Source: a virus
Taxonomy: Duplodnaviria > Caudoviricetes
Virus record (IMG/VR): IMGVR_UViG_3300013426_000028
Location: 1 to 64,000 of that record
DNA: 64,000 nucleotides
Direction: 5' to 3' (one strand)
Shown: positions 19,021 to 27,343 of the stretch, piece after piece
How the letters are laid out: every line of letters starts with the position of its first letter
Numbering within the stretch: the first letter of the stretch is position 1
The notes under the pieces: model-generated
Told to the model about the DNA's origin: nothing
What the model saw: only the letters and a program-made list of their open reading frames with translations
Databases searched by the model: none
Translations under genes and position numbers: made by a program

Positions 19021-21396
19021 ATGACAAAAAATGAATATTCTTTAATTAAAAATTATTCATACAAAGATTATTGTGATTATTTAAATAATAAATATGATAA
19101 TTATAATAAAGAAGGGTTATTCAAACATCATTTTTATGAGAATGAAAAAGCTAATTTATCAAACCCTGAAATTGCAAAATATGCAACTATAGAAGAAAAA
19201 GAAACTGTTGTTTATTGTAATTATTTAGAACATTTATTATTACATATTATGATAGGCGAACAAACTGATCCTAGAAAACGTTTAGGATTAGGAGGAGCGA
19301 TAAATTATATTATTCCTGATATTGAGAATTATTATAATAGTAACATTAAAAAATATAATGATAGTTATTATAATTGCTTAATTGATAATAGAGAACTATT
19401 TGATATTCTCGTAGCAAGATGTAATCAAGCTGTTGAAAAATTACAAATTGTATTAGAATCAAATATTTCTTTATATAAAGAAGTTGAATATAATCTTAAT
19501 GTTAATTATAAAGCATTGGTTGTTTTAGGCACAGGACTAGGTAAAACTACTACAGCTTTAGAATATTTAAAAAACAATAAATGTAGAGCATTGGTTATTG
19601 GTCCTAATAATATTATTAAAACTGGTTGGGAAGAATATTCTGACTGGTGTGATACTACTACATATCAAAGTTTTGCAAATAAATATAAAGATATTGATTA
19701 TAGTCAATATGGTTTGGTTATTTTGGATGAAGTTCATCATATAGGTTACGATGAAAGTACAGACACAGGAGCTAAAGTTTGGAGCAAGGGAGTTCATTAT
19801 ATCTTAGATCAAGGTATTAAAGTTTTAGGATTAACAGCAACTCCAGAGCGTAGCGATAGCATCAATGTAGGACAAACCATTTTTAAAAATTGTGTTTGTG
19901 AAGGAAAATCTATTGAAGATGCCATTGAACAAGGTATTATTCACCCTTTCTCTTATATTACCGCATTATATAACACAGATGGTATTATAGAAGAATGTAG
20001 AAAATGTGATAATAAAGAATTAGTTGGGCAACTAGATATTGCTTTAAACAATACTCCTAAATTAAAAACAATTTTATCAAATAGAATGCCTGCTGGTAAA
20101 AGAAAAGGTATTGTTTTTATTCAAGATATTGCTGATGAAGACAATATTAAAGATATTTTAAAGGATGCTTTTCCTAATATTCCTTGTAAAGCTATTCATT
20201 CAAGAATGACAGACGAAGAAATTAAAAATAATCGTGCTTGGTTTGAAAACACAGACGAAGGATTTTTGTTGGCAGTTAACATGATTTCAGAAGGTGCTCA
20301 TTATAATGGGGTCAATACATTGATCATGTTTAGAAAAACTAATTCATATTTAGTTTTCACTCAACAATTAGGTAGAATTGTTACATTGGTGAAAAACGAA
20401 AATCCTAATGCTATTGTATTTGACTTAGTTAATAATATAGATAATATTGAATATCATAATGTTAAATTAGATCAAAAAACTCATTCTATTGGTAAAATCG
20501 TTAAAGTGTTAGAAAAAACAGAAGCATTTAAGTCTGAACAGATTATTGTTGCTGAAGAATGTAGAAATATTGTCAAAACAATCCGAGATATTAAAAATTA
20601 TGAAGATGATTCTTGGCAAGATTGGGAAATTAATATTCTTAGACAATATTTTGAGACTAAAGGACCAGATTATTGTTTAAAGCTTATCAATGAGCAATGG
20701 TATAGCTCAAAAAGAACGCTGAGTAGTATTTCAAACTATGCTTTTAAAATTGGATTGCGTTCTGATAAGAGTTGGACTCTTGAAGAATTTGAAATTTTAA
20801 AAAAATATTACGTAATAGAAGGAAGACAAATTCAAAAAAGATTAATTAATAGAAGTTGGTATAGTATTAGAGCCCAAGCATATAAAATGGAATTGAAAAT
20901 GTCTACTGATGCTATGGAATGTAAACCATGGACAGAAGAAAATACAAAAATATTATATCAACAATATCCTATACATGGTCATAATATCATAGAGTTAATA
21001 AACTATGGCTATAACCTTAACCAAATTGATCAAAAAGCTCGTAGAGAAGGTTTAAAATTTAATAATAAAATGTTTTGGGCTAAATGGACAAAAGAAGAAG
21101 ATGATTTTTTAAAAAATATTTTTAATAATGAAGATAAGATCAATAGAAACAAAATTGTAAATATTTTTCAAAATAAATATCCTTATAGAACAGAAAGTTC
21201 TATAAAAGCAAGAATGAAAACATTAAGATTATCTAAAATAGACAATATAAAATTTTGGACAAAAGAAGAGGAAGAAATAGTAAAAAAATATTATCCCAAA
21301 ATAGGGACTAAATGTTCAGAATTAATACCTAATCATTCCAAACAAGCTATTGTAAAAAAAGCTCAATGCTTGAATGTATCTAAAGAATGTATATAA
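19021..21396 (+). CDS. SF2 (DEAH/ResIII-like) helicase with N-terminal HNH-like domain and C-terminal Myb/SANT-like WTxEE repeats
   Basis: GTGLGKT, DEVHH, TATPER, QQLGR; N-terminal KHH...CNYLEHLLLH; about five W(T)xEE repeats. Confidence 0.8.
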   Translation: MTKNEYSLIKNYSYKDYCDYLNNKYDNYNKEGLFKHHFYENEKANLSNPEIAKYATIEEKETVVYCNYLEHLLLHIMIGEQTDPRKRLGLGGAINYIIPDIENYYNSNIKKYNDSYYNCLIDNRELFDILVARCNQAVEKLQIVLESNISLYKEVEYNLNVNYKALVVLGTGLGKTTTALEYLKNNKCRALVIGPNNIIKTGWEEYSDWCDTTTYQSFANKYKDIDYSQYGLVILDEVHHIGYDESTDTGAKVWSKGVHYILDQGIKVLGLTATPERSDSINVGQTIFKNCVCEGKSIEDAIEQGIIHPFSYITALYNTDGIIEECRKCDNKELVGQLDIALNNTPKLKTILSNRMPAGKRKGIVFIQDIADEDNIKDILKDAFPNIPCKAIHSRMTDEEIKNNRAWFENTDEGFLLAVNMISEGAHYNGVNTLIMFRKTNSYLVFTQQLGRIVTLVKNENPNAIVFDLVNNIDNIEYHNVKLDQKTHSIGKIVKVLEKTEAFKSEQIIVAEECRNIVKTIRDIKNYEDDSWQDWEINILRQYFETKGPDYCLKLINEQWYSSKRTLSSISNYAFKIGLRSDKSWTLEEFEILKKYYVIEGRQIQKRLINRSWYSIRAQAYKMELKMSTDAMECKPWTEENTKILYQQYPIHGHNIIELINYGYNLNQIDQKARREGLKFNNKMFWAKWTKEEDDFLKNIFNNEDKINRNKIVNIFQNKYPYRTESSIKARMKTLRLSKIDNIKFWTKEEEEIVKKYYPKIGTKCSELIPNHSKQAIVKKAQCLNVSKECI

Positions 21397-21411
21397 AAAT
21401 AAATAAAGATA

Positions 21412-21439
21412 TTGACTTTTAAATATAATCTTATATAAT
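21412..21439 (+). promoter_or_regulatory. Sigma-A-type promoter
   Basis: TTGACT-N16-TATAAT. Confidence 0.7.
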
Positions 21440-21464
21440 AAATAGTGTAAAGGAGAATAAAGTT

Positions 21465-21836
21465 ATGAAATTAGAAAAAAATAAAACTTATATTTATAAT
21501 GGTCCTTCAACAAAATTATTAGACAGAACAATTGCTGTTGCGATGGGAATTTGTAGAAATTATGAAGAATATGTAAATCTAGTTAGAAATCAAAAATATC
21601 ATTTTGATGACGAGGGGAATCAAAGCTTTGAAAATCCTGGAGAAAAAATTAATTCAGAACCTTATGTTGAATTAAAAACAGGAGATAAAATACAAATTCA
21701 AGCATTAGGACATGAAAAAAACACAGCGAAAGTAAGGTTATTTAAGCCTCCTTTTAATCAAATAATGTTTGGTAATTTTATAGACATACCAACTGATTTA
21801 AGTAATATAATTGATTATTTAGTTGAAGATAAATAG
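21465..21836 (+). CDS. Hypothetical protein
   Basis: AAGGAG RBS behind promoter. Confidence 0.6.
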   Translation: MKLEKNKTYIYNGPSTKLLDRTIAVAMGICRNYEEYVNLVRNQKYHFDDEGNQSFENPGEKINSEPYVELKTGDKIQIQALGHEKNTAKVRLFKPPFNQIMFGNFIDIPTDLSNIIDYLVEDK

Positions 21837-21861
21837 TGTGTAAAAAGAAAGGAACCAAATT

Positions 21862-22029
21862 ATGAAAACTATTAGAATATTTATTACGCTTAAGCAAAAT
21901 GATATAATTAATATTCCTGATGACACATCCGATAGTGAAATTAATGCAATAGTTGATAATTATGCTAGTGAGTTAGCAGAAAACGCAGGAATTTCAAAAT
22001 ATGAAGTTGAGTGGCAAGAAGATTGGTAA
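21862..22029 (+). CDS. Small acidic hypothetical protein (55 aa, not in ORF track)
   Basis: GAAAGGA RBS; MKTIRIFITLKQ...EWQEDW. Confidence 0.5.
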   Translation: MKTIRIFITLKQNDIINIPDDTSDSEINAIVDNYASELAENAGISKYEVEWQEDW

Positions 22030-22057
22030 CGTTTAATTATAGAAAGGAAAAAACATT

Positions 22058-22444
22058 ATGAAAAAAGAAGAATTATTTAAAGCAGACACATTTGATTATA
22101 TTTGTAAACTAATCAAAGAAAAATTAACAAAATCTATGAAAGGTAATAAACAAGTAAGTATTTTAGAAATAAAAGCATACAATTTATCAACAAAATCAAA
22201 TGATTTTGAAAAAGAATTACAAATAAAATTTGCTGTAGATCTTAACCCAGAAGATTTTTGTTCAACGGTATATATTGACTCTGTTTGGTACTATGATTTA
22301 TTTGATGTAAAAGAATTTGCTTCAATTGTTGCAAGCAATGTTTTAAAATCATTAAGTGGTGAAAGTTCTGTTAGAAATATAAGCATTGCTGAAAAAGATA
22401 ATGATAGCGAGATATTTAGTGTTTATACAAGAAATTATAAATAG
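22058..22444 (+). CDS. Hypothetical protein
   Basis: GAAAGGA RBS. Confidence 0.55.
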   Translation: MKKEELFKADTFDYICKLIKEKLTKSMKGNKQVSILEIKAYNLSTKSNDFEKELQIKFAVDLNPEDFCSTVYIDSVWYYDLFDVKEFASIVASNVLKSLSGESSVRNISIAEKDNDSEIFSVYTRNYK

Positions 22445-22460
22445 AAAGAAGGTTGTCAAC

Positions 22461-22661
22461 ATGAAGAATAAAAGAAGTATTTTATTGATTGTCTTAACGA
22501 TTGTGATTATGTTTCTATTAGGAGCTTTGATCGTTTTGGGTAGTTGCACTATTCTTTCTTACCCTTGGAATGTTATATCAACTATGTGTTTAAGTCTTGT
22601 TGTTGGTTTAGCAGGTAATAGAGTGCTAAATATTATTATTGATAAAGAAGGGAAAAATTAA
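22461..22661 (+). CDS. Small two-TM membrane protein
   Basis: Two hydrophobic stretches; start at ATG 22461. Confidence 0.5.
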   Translation: MKNKRSILLIVLTIVIMFLLGALIVLGSCTILSYPWNVISTMCLSLVVGLAGNRVLNIIIDKEGKN

Positions 22662-22662
22662 A

Positions 22663-22935
22663 ATGATAAATAATAAGAAAAAAGAAGAAATTGAAACTTT
22701 GTTAGAAGAGACATTTGTTGATAGCTCTGATAAATTGGATTGGTTATCTGAAAAAGGATTTGTTGAAGCTGACAAATGTTATTATTATTGTTATTCTGAT
22801 AAAAATGGTAATTACATTGGTAACGATAGTGATGATGATCCTTATGACATATTAGAAATACTTTTAAAACATATTGATTATGATGAATTTATGACAAAAT
22901 TTAATGAAGAATTTGGAGAAGAAAACAATGGATAG
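22663..22935 (+). CDS. Acidic hypothetical protein
   Basis: Tightly packed ORF, GAAGGG RBS. Confidence 0.5.
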   Translation: MINNKKKEEIETLLEETFVDSSDKLDWLSEKGFVEADKCYYYCYSDKNGNYIGNDSDDDPYDILEILLKHIDYDEFMTKFNEEFGEENNG

Positions 22936-23086
22936 TATCAATTGGCAACAAAAATATATGGACGAACATATTAAAGTTCAAGATTTAGAGTCTAAAGTTG
23001 AAATTTATGAAAATATTACAATTCCTAGATTGAAAGAAGAACTAAAATCTTTAACAAAAATTATTGATAAATTAAAAAAACTATAA
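22928..23086 (+). CDS. Small coiled-coil protein
   Basis: GGAG RBS, heptad pattern. Confidence 0.45.
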   Translation: MDSINWQQKYMDEHIKVQDLESKVEIYENITIPRLKEELKSLTKIIDKLKKL

Positions 23087-23099
23087 GGAGAGCAACCAT

Positions 23100-23426
23100 A
23101 TGCGTAATGATTTTGATTGGGCAGCTGTTGCAATAAGTGTTGCAGCTAGAAATGCTGCTGAAAGACAAAAGTTAGCAGAATTAAATAATTTAAAAACAAA
23201 AGCCGAAGAATATTCTACTTTAGCTAATGCTACAAAAGGGCAAGAAAAAGAAAAATATTTAGCCTTAGCAGAACTTTATACTGATAAATATAATAAAGAA
23301 GTAAAAGCTTATAATGAAGCTATTGAGAAACAAAAACAAAGCGACCTTATATGGGGTGTTGTTGGTATTATTGCTGCGATAATTATTTTGATAGTAATAT
23401 TAGTCATGTTGTCAAATAGCAACTAA
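23100..23426 (+). CDS. Coiled-coil protein with C-terminal TM anchor
   Basis: AAGGAG RBS; hydrophobic C-terminus. Confidence 0.55.
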   Translation: MRNDFDWAAVAISVAARNAAERQKLAELNNLKTKAEEYSTLANATKGQEKEKYLALAELYTDKYNKEVKAYNEAIEKQKQSDLIWGVVGIIAAIIILIVILVMLSNSN

Positions 23427-23457
23427 AAGCAAGTAAATAAAAAAAGGAAAATAGAAT

Positions 23458-24036
23458 ATGGACGCTAGTAAATTTGTTGAGCAAAAAGAAAATTTAGAAA
23501 AAGTATTATTTGACATAGAAAAGTATGACACTGGTTATAGTCCGTATGGTAGTTATAGTTGTATTAAAGATTTCAAACACAATTTGAATCTTGATATTAA
23601 AGCTATGAGACTATATGTTACATTAGCAGATGCTTGGAATAAACAATTTAATAATGAAGATAAGCAATTAAATAAATATATAGAAGTATCATTCTGTGTT
23701 GAAAGAGGAATTAGTTTTTCATTAACAGGAGAAGCAAGTAATATTTTCTATGATTATATCTATGGTTCTCTTAGTGATACGTTTATATTTATAGATTCTA
23801 TGATAAAAAAATTACTTGAACCATTTGATACAAGTATTGAGTATTTTAATAAAATCTTGCATAATGTTCAATATAAAAGATATGAAGGTGCAGGTTATGT
23901 ATATGATATTGATAAAGTGAATGACATTCTATGTAGTATAATTACATTCCTTAAATCAGACAATTTAAAAAATATTAATCCAGGCATTGAAGCTTATATT
24001 GAAGGATTGATTAAATGTGCGGATGTAGAAGAATAG
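23458..24036 (+). CDS. Hypothetical protein, paralog of 6613..7170
   Basis: Shared motifs. Confidence 0.55.
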   Translation: MDASKFVEQKENLEKVLFDIEKYDTGYSPYGSYSCIKDFKHNLNLDIKAMRLYVTLADAWNKQFNNEDKQLNKYIEVSFCVERGISFSLTGEASNIFYDYIYGSLSDTFIFIDSMIKKLLEPFDTSIEYFNKILHNVQYKRYEGAGYVYDIDKVNDILCSIITFLKSDNLKNINPGIEAYIEGLIKCADVEE

Positions 24037-24048
24037 GAGATAATATAG

Positions 24049-24234
24049 ATGAAAAAATGTGATTTTTGTAATTATTATGATCCATTAATCAACCGCTGCG
24101 GATGCTATCAGTCTATTAAAAACTGTTCTGAAGCTATTAAAACCTATGCACAAGTATTAATGAGCCAAAATCAAAATACTAAAACTAAAAATATTAATAT
24201 TAACAAAAGCAATAATAAAAAGAAAGGAAAATAG
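24049..24234 (+). CDS. Small Cys-rich protein
   Basis: CDFC..C.C..C; AGGAG RBS. Confidence 0.5.
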   Translation: MKKCDFCNYYDPLINRCGCYQSIKNCSEAIKTYAQVLMSQNQNTKTKNININKSNNKKKGK

Positions 24235-24236
24235 TA

Positions 24237-24797
24237 ATGAGTAAAATAAAAATTGATAGATTTACGAAAGAATTATTAGATGATATAATTTTAAAAAGCA
24301 AGGAAGATGACGAACTTATTAAAAGTTTTTGTTTAGAATTTGTATATAATGACGAATATGAATGTTGGATTACTACAACTTATCAAAGTGGTAAAACAGA
24401 CGATGAACGATATTTCGATAAGACTATGAACCAATTAGCTCTAGACCAATGTCCACTCAAAGGAGGTTGTATTGTTCTTCCGGTCGATTATGAGAGTGTT
24501 ATTGATCCAAACATTGTTGAAAATTTTCCAGGCTGGTCGAAAACGTATACGTTAGATTTAAGCAATATAGGAATTTTAACTGATAAAGAAAAAGAATATT
24601 TAAAAGCTGTAATTGAACCATATAGATTACTGGTCTCAGATATAAGCAAGATAGTCGGTTGGAATCACGATCCAGAACAAATTTTTGTTTATTTAGATTG
24701 TGGAGATCCAATTACCTTTCCGATCATTTTACCAGAATTAAAATTTTCAGGAATGGAATTAAATAAGAATTATACTTTAGAAGATTTAGGAATATAA
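24237..24797 (+). CDS. Hypothetical protein with LT..EKEYL...YTLE.LG module
   Basis: Module shared with 39472..40299. Confidence 0.55.
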   Translation: MSKIKIDRFTKELLDDIILKSKEDDELIKSFCLEFVYNDEYECWITTTYQSGKTDDERYFDKTMNQLALDQCPLKGGCIVLPVDYESVIDPNIVENFPGWSKTYTLDLSNIGILTDKEKEYLKAVIEPYRLLVSDISKIVGWNHDPEQIFVYLDCGDPITFPIILPELKFSGMELNKNYTLEDLGI

Positions 24798-24811
24798 AGG
24801 AGAATAACATT

Positions 24812-25093
24812 ATGAAAAAAGAAAAAATAACTTTTAGTGAATTTTTAGAAAACGATTATGCAGTAATTCATTGTCATACAAGAGAAGAGTTCGATTATCT
24901 TATGGACAAATTAATAGCAAGAACACCATATAATATGTATTATAATCCTAATAAAGGAATTGAGGCTGTATGGTATGATTATGGCGCAGAAGGTTGTGTG
25001 CAAAACAACGGAGTAGGAGCGGACTATCATTTTTATTCGCAACTTGATAATTATACTATTTATGAGTTCGAAGAATTAGATTTTAATAAATAA
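24812..25093 (+). CDS. Stand-alone 'IHC.T.E...YEF..D' module protein
   Basis: KIT.SEF...IHC.T.E...IYEF.E.D. Confidence 0.6.
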   Translation: MKKEKITFSEFLENDYAVIHCHTREEFDYLMDKLIARTPYNMYYNPNKGIEAVWYDYGAEGCVQNNGVGADYHFYSQLDNYTIYEFEELDFNK

Positions 25094-25109
25094 CAAAGAG
25101 GATAAAAAC

Positions 25110-25379
25110 ATGAAAATTAAATTAAATGAATTTTGGCACAGTGAAGAAAAACTAGCTATTCATTGTGACACCGAAGAAAAAGCAGATAATTTATTAAAAG
25201 CATTTGATAGACTAGGCAAGAAATGGTGTGAAAATGTTTCTTATTTAGAGACAAATTGTTATTCACATTATGGGAAGATGTCTTGTTATTCCAATAATAG
25301 GTGTATTTCCGATTATAATTATTATGAAAACAACGGTTATAAAATCTACGAATTTGATGAAGTAGATTTAGATGAATAA
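25110..25379 (+). CDS. Stand-alone 'AIHC.TEEKA...YEF..DL' module protein
   Basis: Same module as the C-terminus of 38090..39454. Confidence 0.6.
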   Translation: MKIKLNEFWHSEEKLAIHCDTEEKADNLLKAFDRLGKKWCENVSYLETNCYSHYGKMSCYSNNRCISDYNYYENNGYKIYEFDEVDLDE

Positions 25380-25399
25380 AAGCCCTCTTTTATTTAGTG

Positions 25400-25463
25400 G
25401 AACTTGTGCGTAAAAAGCATAAGTTCTTTTTTTACTTGACTTTTATAAATATTTATATATAAT
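25400..25463 (+). promoter_or_regulatory. Terminator plus promoter driving the dnaE C-part unit
   Basis: GAACTTGTGC/GCATAAGTTC hairpin with T-run, then TTGACT-N16-TATAAT. Confidence 0.7.
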
Positions 25464-25491
25464 TTAAGTAAGTAAGAAAGGGTGATATCAA

Positions 25492-25725
25492 ATGAAAAAG
25501 ATTATTATTATTTGTAACGACAAAGTTATTTCAGAACACGAAACATCAGATGTATATTATGATGCAATGATGAAAGAATGCGAAGGACAACTAAATGAAG
25601 GAACTCTCGACAGTAGAGTGTTTGAATTCAATGAAAAAGAACAAGCTAAAATCACTACATATATAGTAAAAAATCTCACATATAAATTAATAGATAAGAA
25701 AGAACCAGAGAGAGTGATAAAATAA
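25492..25725 (+). CDS. Hypothetical protein
   Basis: GAAAGGGTG RBS; stop is 1 nt before the dnaE C-part ATG. Confidence 0.55.
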   Translation: MKKIIIICNDKVISEHETSDVYYDAMMKECEGQLNEGTLDSRVFEFNEKEQAKITTYIVKNLTYKLIDKKEPERVIK

Positions 25726-25726
25726 T

Positions 25727-27283
25727 ATGGCAAGGCAAGAATTTCTTAATTATATATGGGAACACTGCATAAAGCCACAGATATCGTACAGTTTTAGCTT
25801 GAACCATACACTCCCATATTCCGTAATAGCAGTCCAAGAAATGAATTTAGCAACGCGTTGGAACCCTTTGTATTGGTCTTGTGCTTGTCTTTGTATCAAC
25901 GCAGGAAATCCGGAAACAGGATTTGAAGAAGATGACGATGAGCAAGATGAGGAAGAAAAGAAAACTAAATCAGGTGCACCATCATATGGTAAAATTTCAA
26001 AAGCTTTAACTGATTGCAGGCTTCACGGTGTAAATATTGAATTTCCAAACATTAATACATCTCAAGCAGATTTTGTACCTGATATTGAAAACAACAGCAT
26101 CTTATATAGTTTAAAGACTGTTACAAATGTGAGCGATGATTTATATTCACAAATCATTCAGAATAGGCCTTATTCATCAATAGAAGATTTCTGTTCTAAA
26201 GTATCTGTTACACCAGCACAAATGTCTAGTTTAATTAAAGCTGGTTGCTTCAATTCTTTATATAAGATATCAAGACGAGCAATTCTCTATGCTTATTTCA
26301 ATTATTTAGCAAATCAAGAAATAATCCTTAAAAAAACATTGAATTTATCTCATTTAAAGAAAGCTTTGTCTCTTGGTGAAAAATTTCCAGGTTATGAAGA
26401 TAAAATTCAATTATTATATTTTAAAGTATACATTGATAAAAATCAAAAATTAGATCCTAGTAAAGAGGCATTCTCACTTAATGCTTTATTAAACAAGAAA
26501 TGCTATAAACTTACGGAAGAATCTTGTATCAGCTTCTTTAATGTGAAAGTTGCGCCTTCATTAGATTTAAGAAAAGGCGATTATGATTATTTAGACGGAC
26601 ACACAATATTATTAAAAGCATCAAGCTTTACGAAATTCTATGATGCTCAAATGAAAGAGCTAACTGATTATCTAAATTCCGAACAAGGTAAATTAGCATT
26701 TCAAAAAATGGAAAAAGATGCTTTTATAAAAGATCTTATTGAAAAATATGCAGAAGGAACCGAAGCTGACTGGGATATGCAAACAATGAATTTCTATCAA
26801 TCAGAACACGCTCTTGCTAGAATGTCCGAAATTAAATATAATATTAAGGACTTTAATAAACTTCCAGAAACACCTATTACGCGTAAATATATAGGTAAAG
26901 ACGGAGAAGAAAAAGAGACAGCTGAAACTTGTGCAATATGTGGCACAGTTGTAGATGCTAATAATGTTAAACACGTAGTAAGTTTATTAACCAGATATGG
27001 AGTGGTTAATGTTAAATTATTCTCACAAGCATATTCTAATTTTAGTCAAAAGATAAGTATTGTTGAAGATGCCACCAAAAAGAAGAAAACAGTTTTAGAC
27101 GACTCTTGGTTTAAAAGAGGAACGAAATTAATTATTCACGGGTTCAGAAGAGAAAATATGTTTGTTGCTAAAACTGAATATGTTAATAAAGTTCCTAAAA
27201 TGGTAGGATTAATAGAAAGTTTAGATACAAACGGAAATGCTTCTATTAGATACACAAGAAAGAAGAAAATTAGTCAAGAATAA
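25727..27283 (+). CDS. dnaE: DNA polymerase III alpha, C-terminal part (rest of fingers, HhH, OB fold)
   Basis: YSFSLNH..PYS, PLYW..A.L, P.IN.S, R.PYSSIEDF, LIKAGCF, OB-like ICGTVVD. Confidence 0.88.
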   Translation: MARQEFLNYIWEHCIKPQISYSFSLNHTLPYSVIAVQEMNLATRWNPLYWSCACLCINAGNPETGFEEDDDEQDEEEKKTKSGAPSYGKISKALTDCRLHGVNIEFPNINTSQADFVPDIENNSILYSLKTVTNVSDDLYSQIIQNRPYSSIEDFCSKVSVTPAQMSSLIKAGCFNSLYKISRRAILYAYFNYLANQEIILKKTLNLSHLKKALSLGEKFPGYEDKIQLLYFKVYIDKNQKLDPSKEAFSLNALLNKKCYKLTEESCISFFNVKVAPSLDLRKGDYDYLDGHTILLKASSFTKFYDAQMKELTDYLNSEQGKLAFQKMEKDAFIKDLIEKYAEGTEADWDMQTMNFYQSEHALARMSEIKYNIKDFNKLPETPITRKYIGKDGEEKETAETCAICGTVVDANNVKHVVSLLTRYGVVNVKLFSQAYSNFSQKISIVEDATKKKKTVLDDSWFKRGTKLIIHGFRRENMFVAKTEYVNKVPKMVGLIESLDTNGNASIRYTRKKKISQE

Positions 27284-27314
27284 CACTTGACTTTTTCTTT
27301 TATTTATATATAAT
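27272..27314 (+). promoter_or_regulatory. Fused terminator/promoter
   Basis: AGTCAAG/CTTGACT hairpin; TTGACT-N16-TATAAT. Confidence 0.65.
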
Positions 27315-27343
27315 ATGGAATGTATAGAAAGAAGGTATTTTAA

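Noticed and set aside
18934-25726. Group I/II intron or split intein joining the dnaE halves
   Set aside because: No intein N- or C-terminal motifs at the break, no recognisable intron core, and the interval holds ordinary promoters, terminators and ORFs
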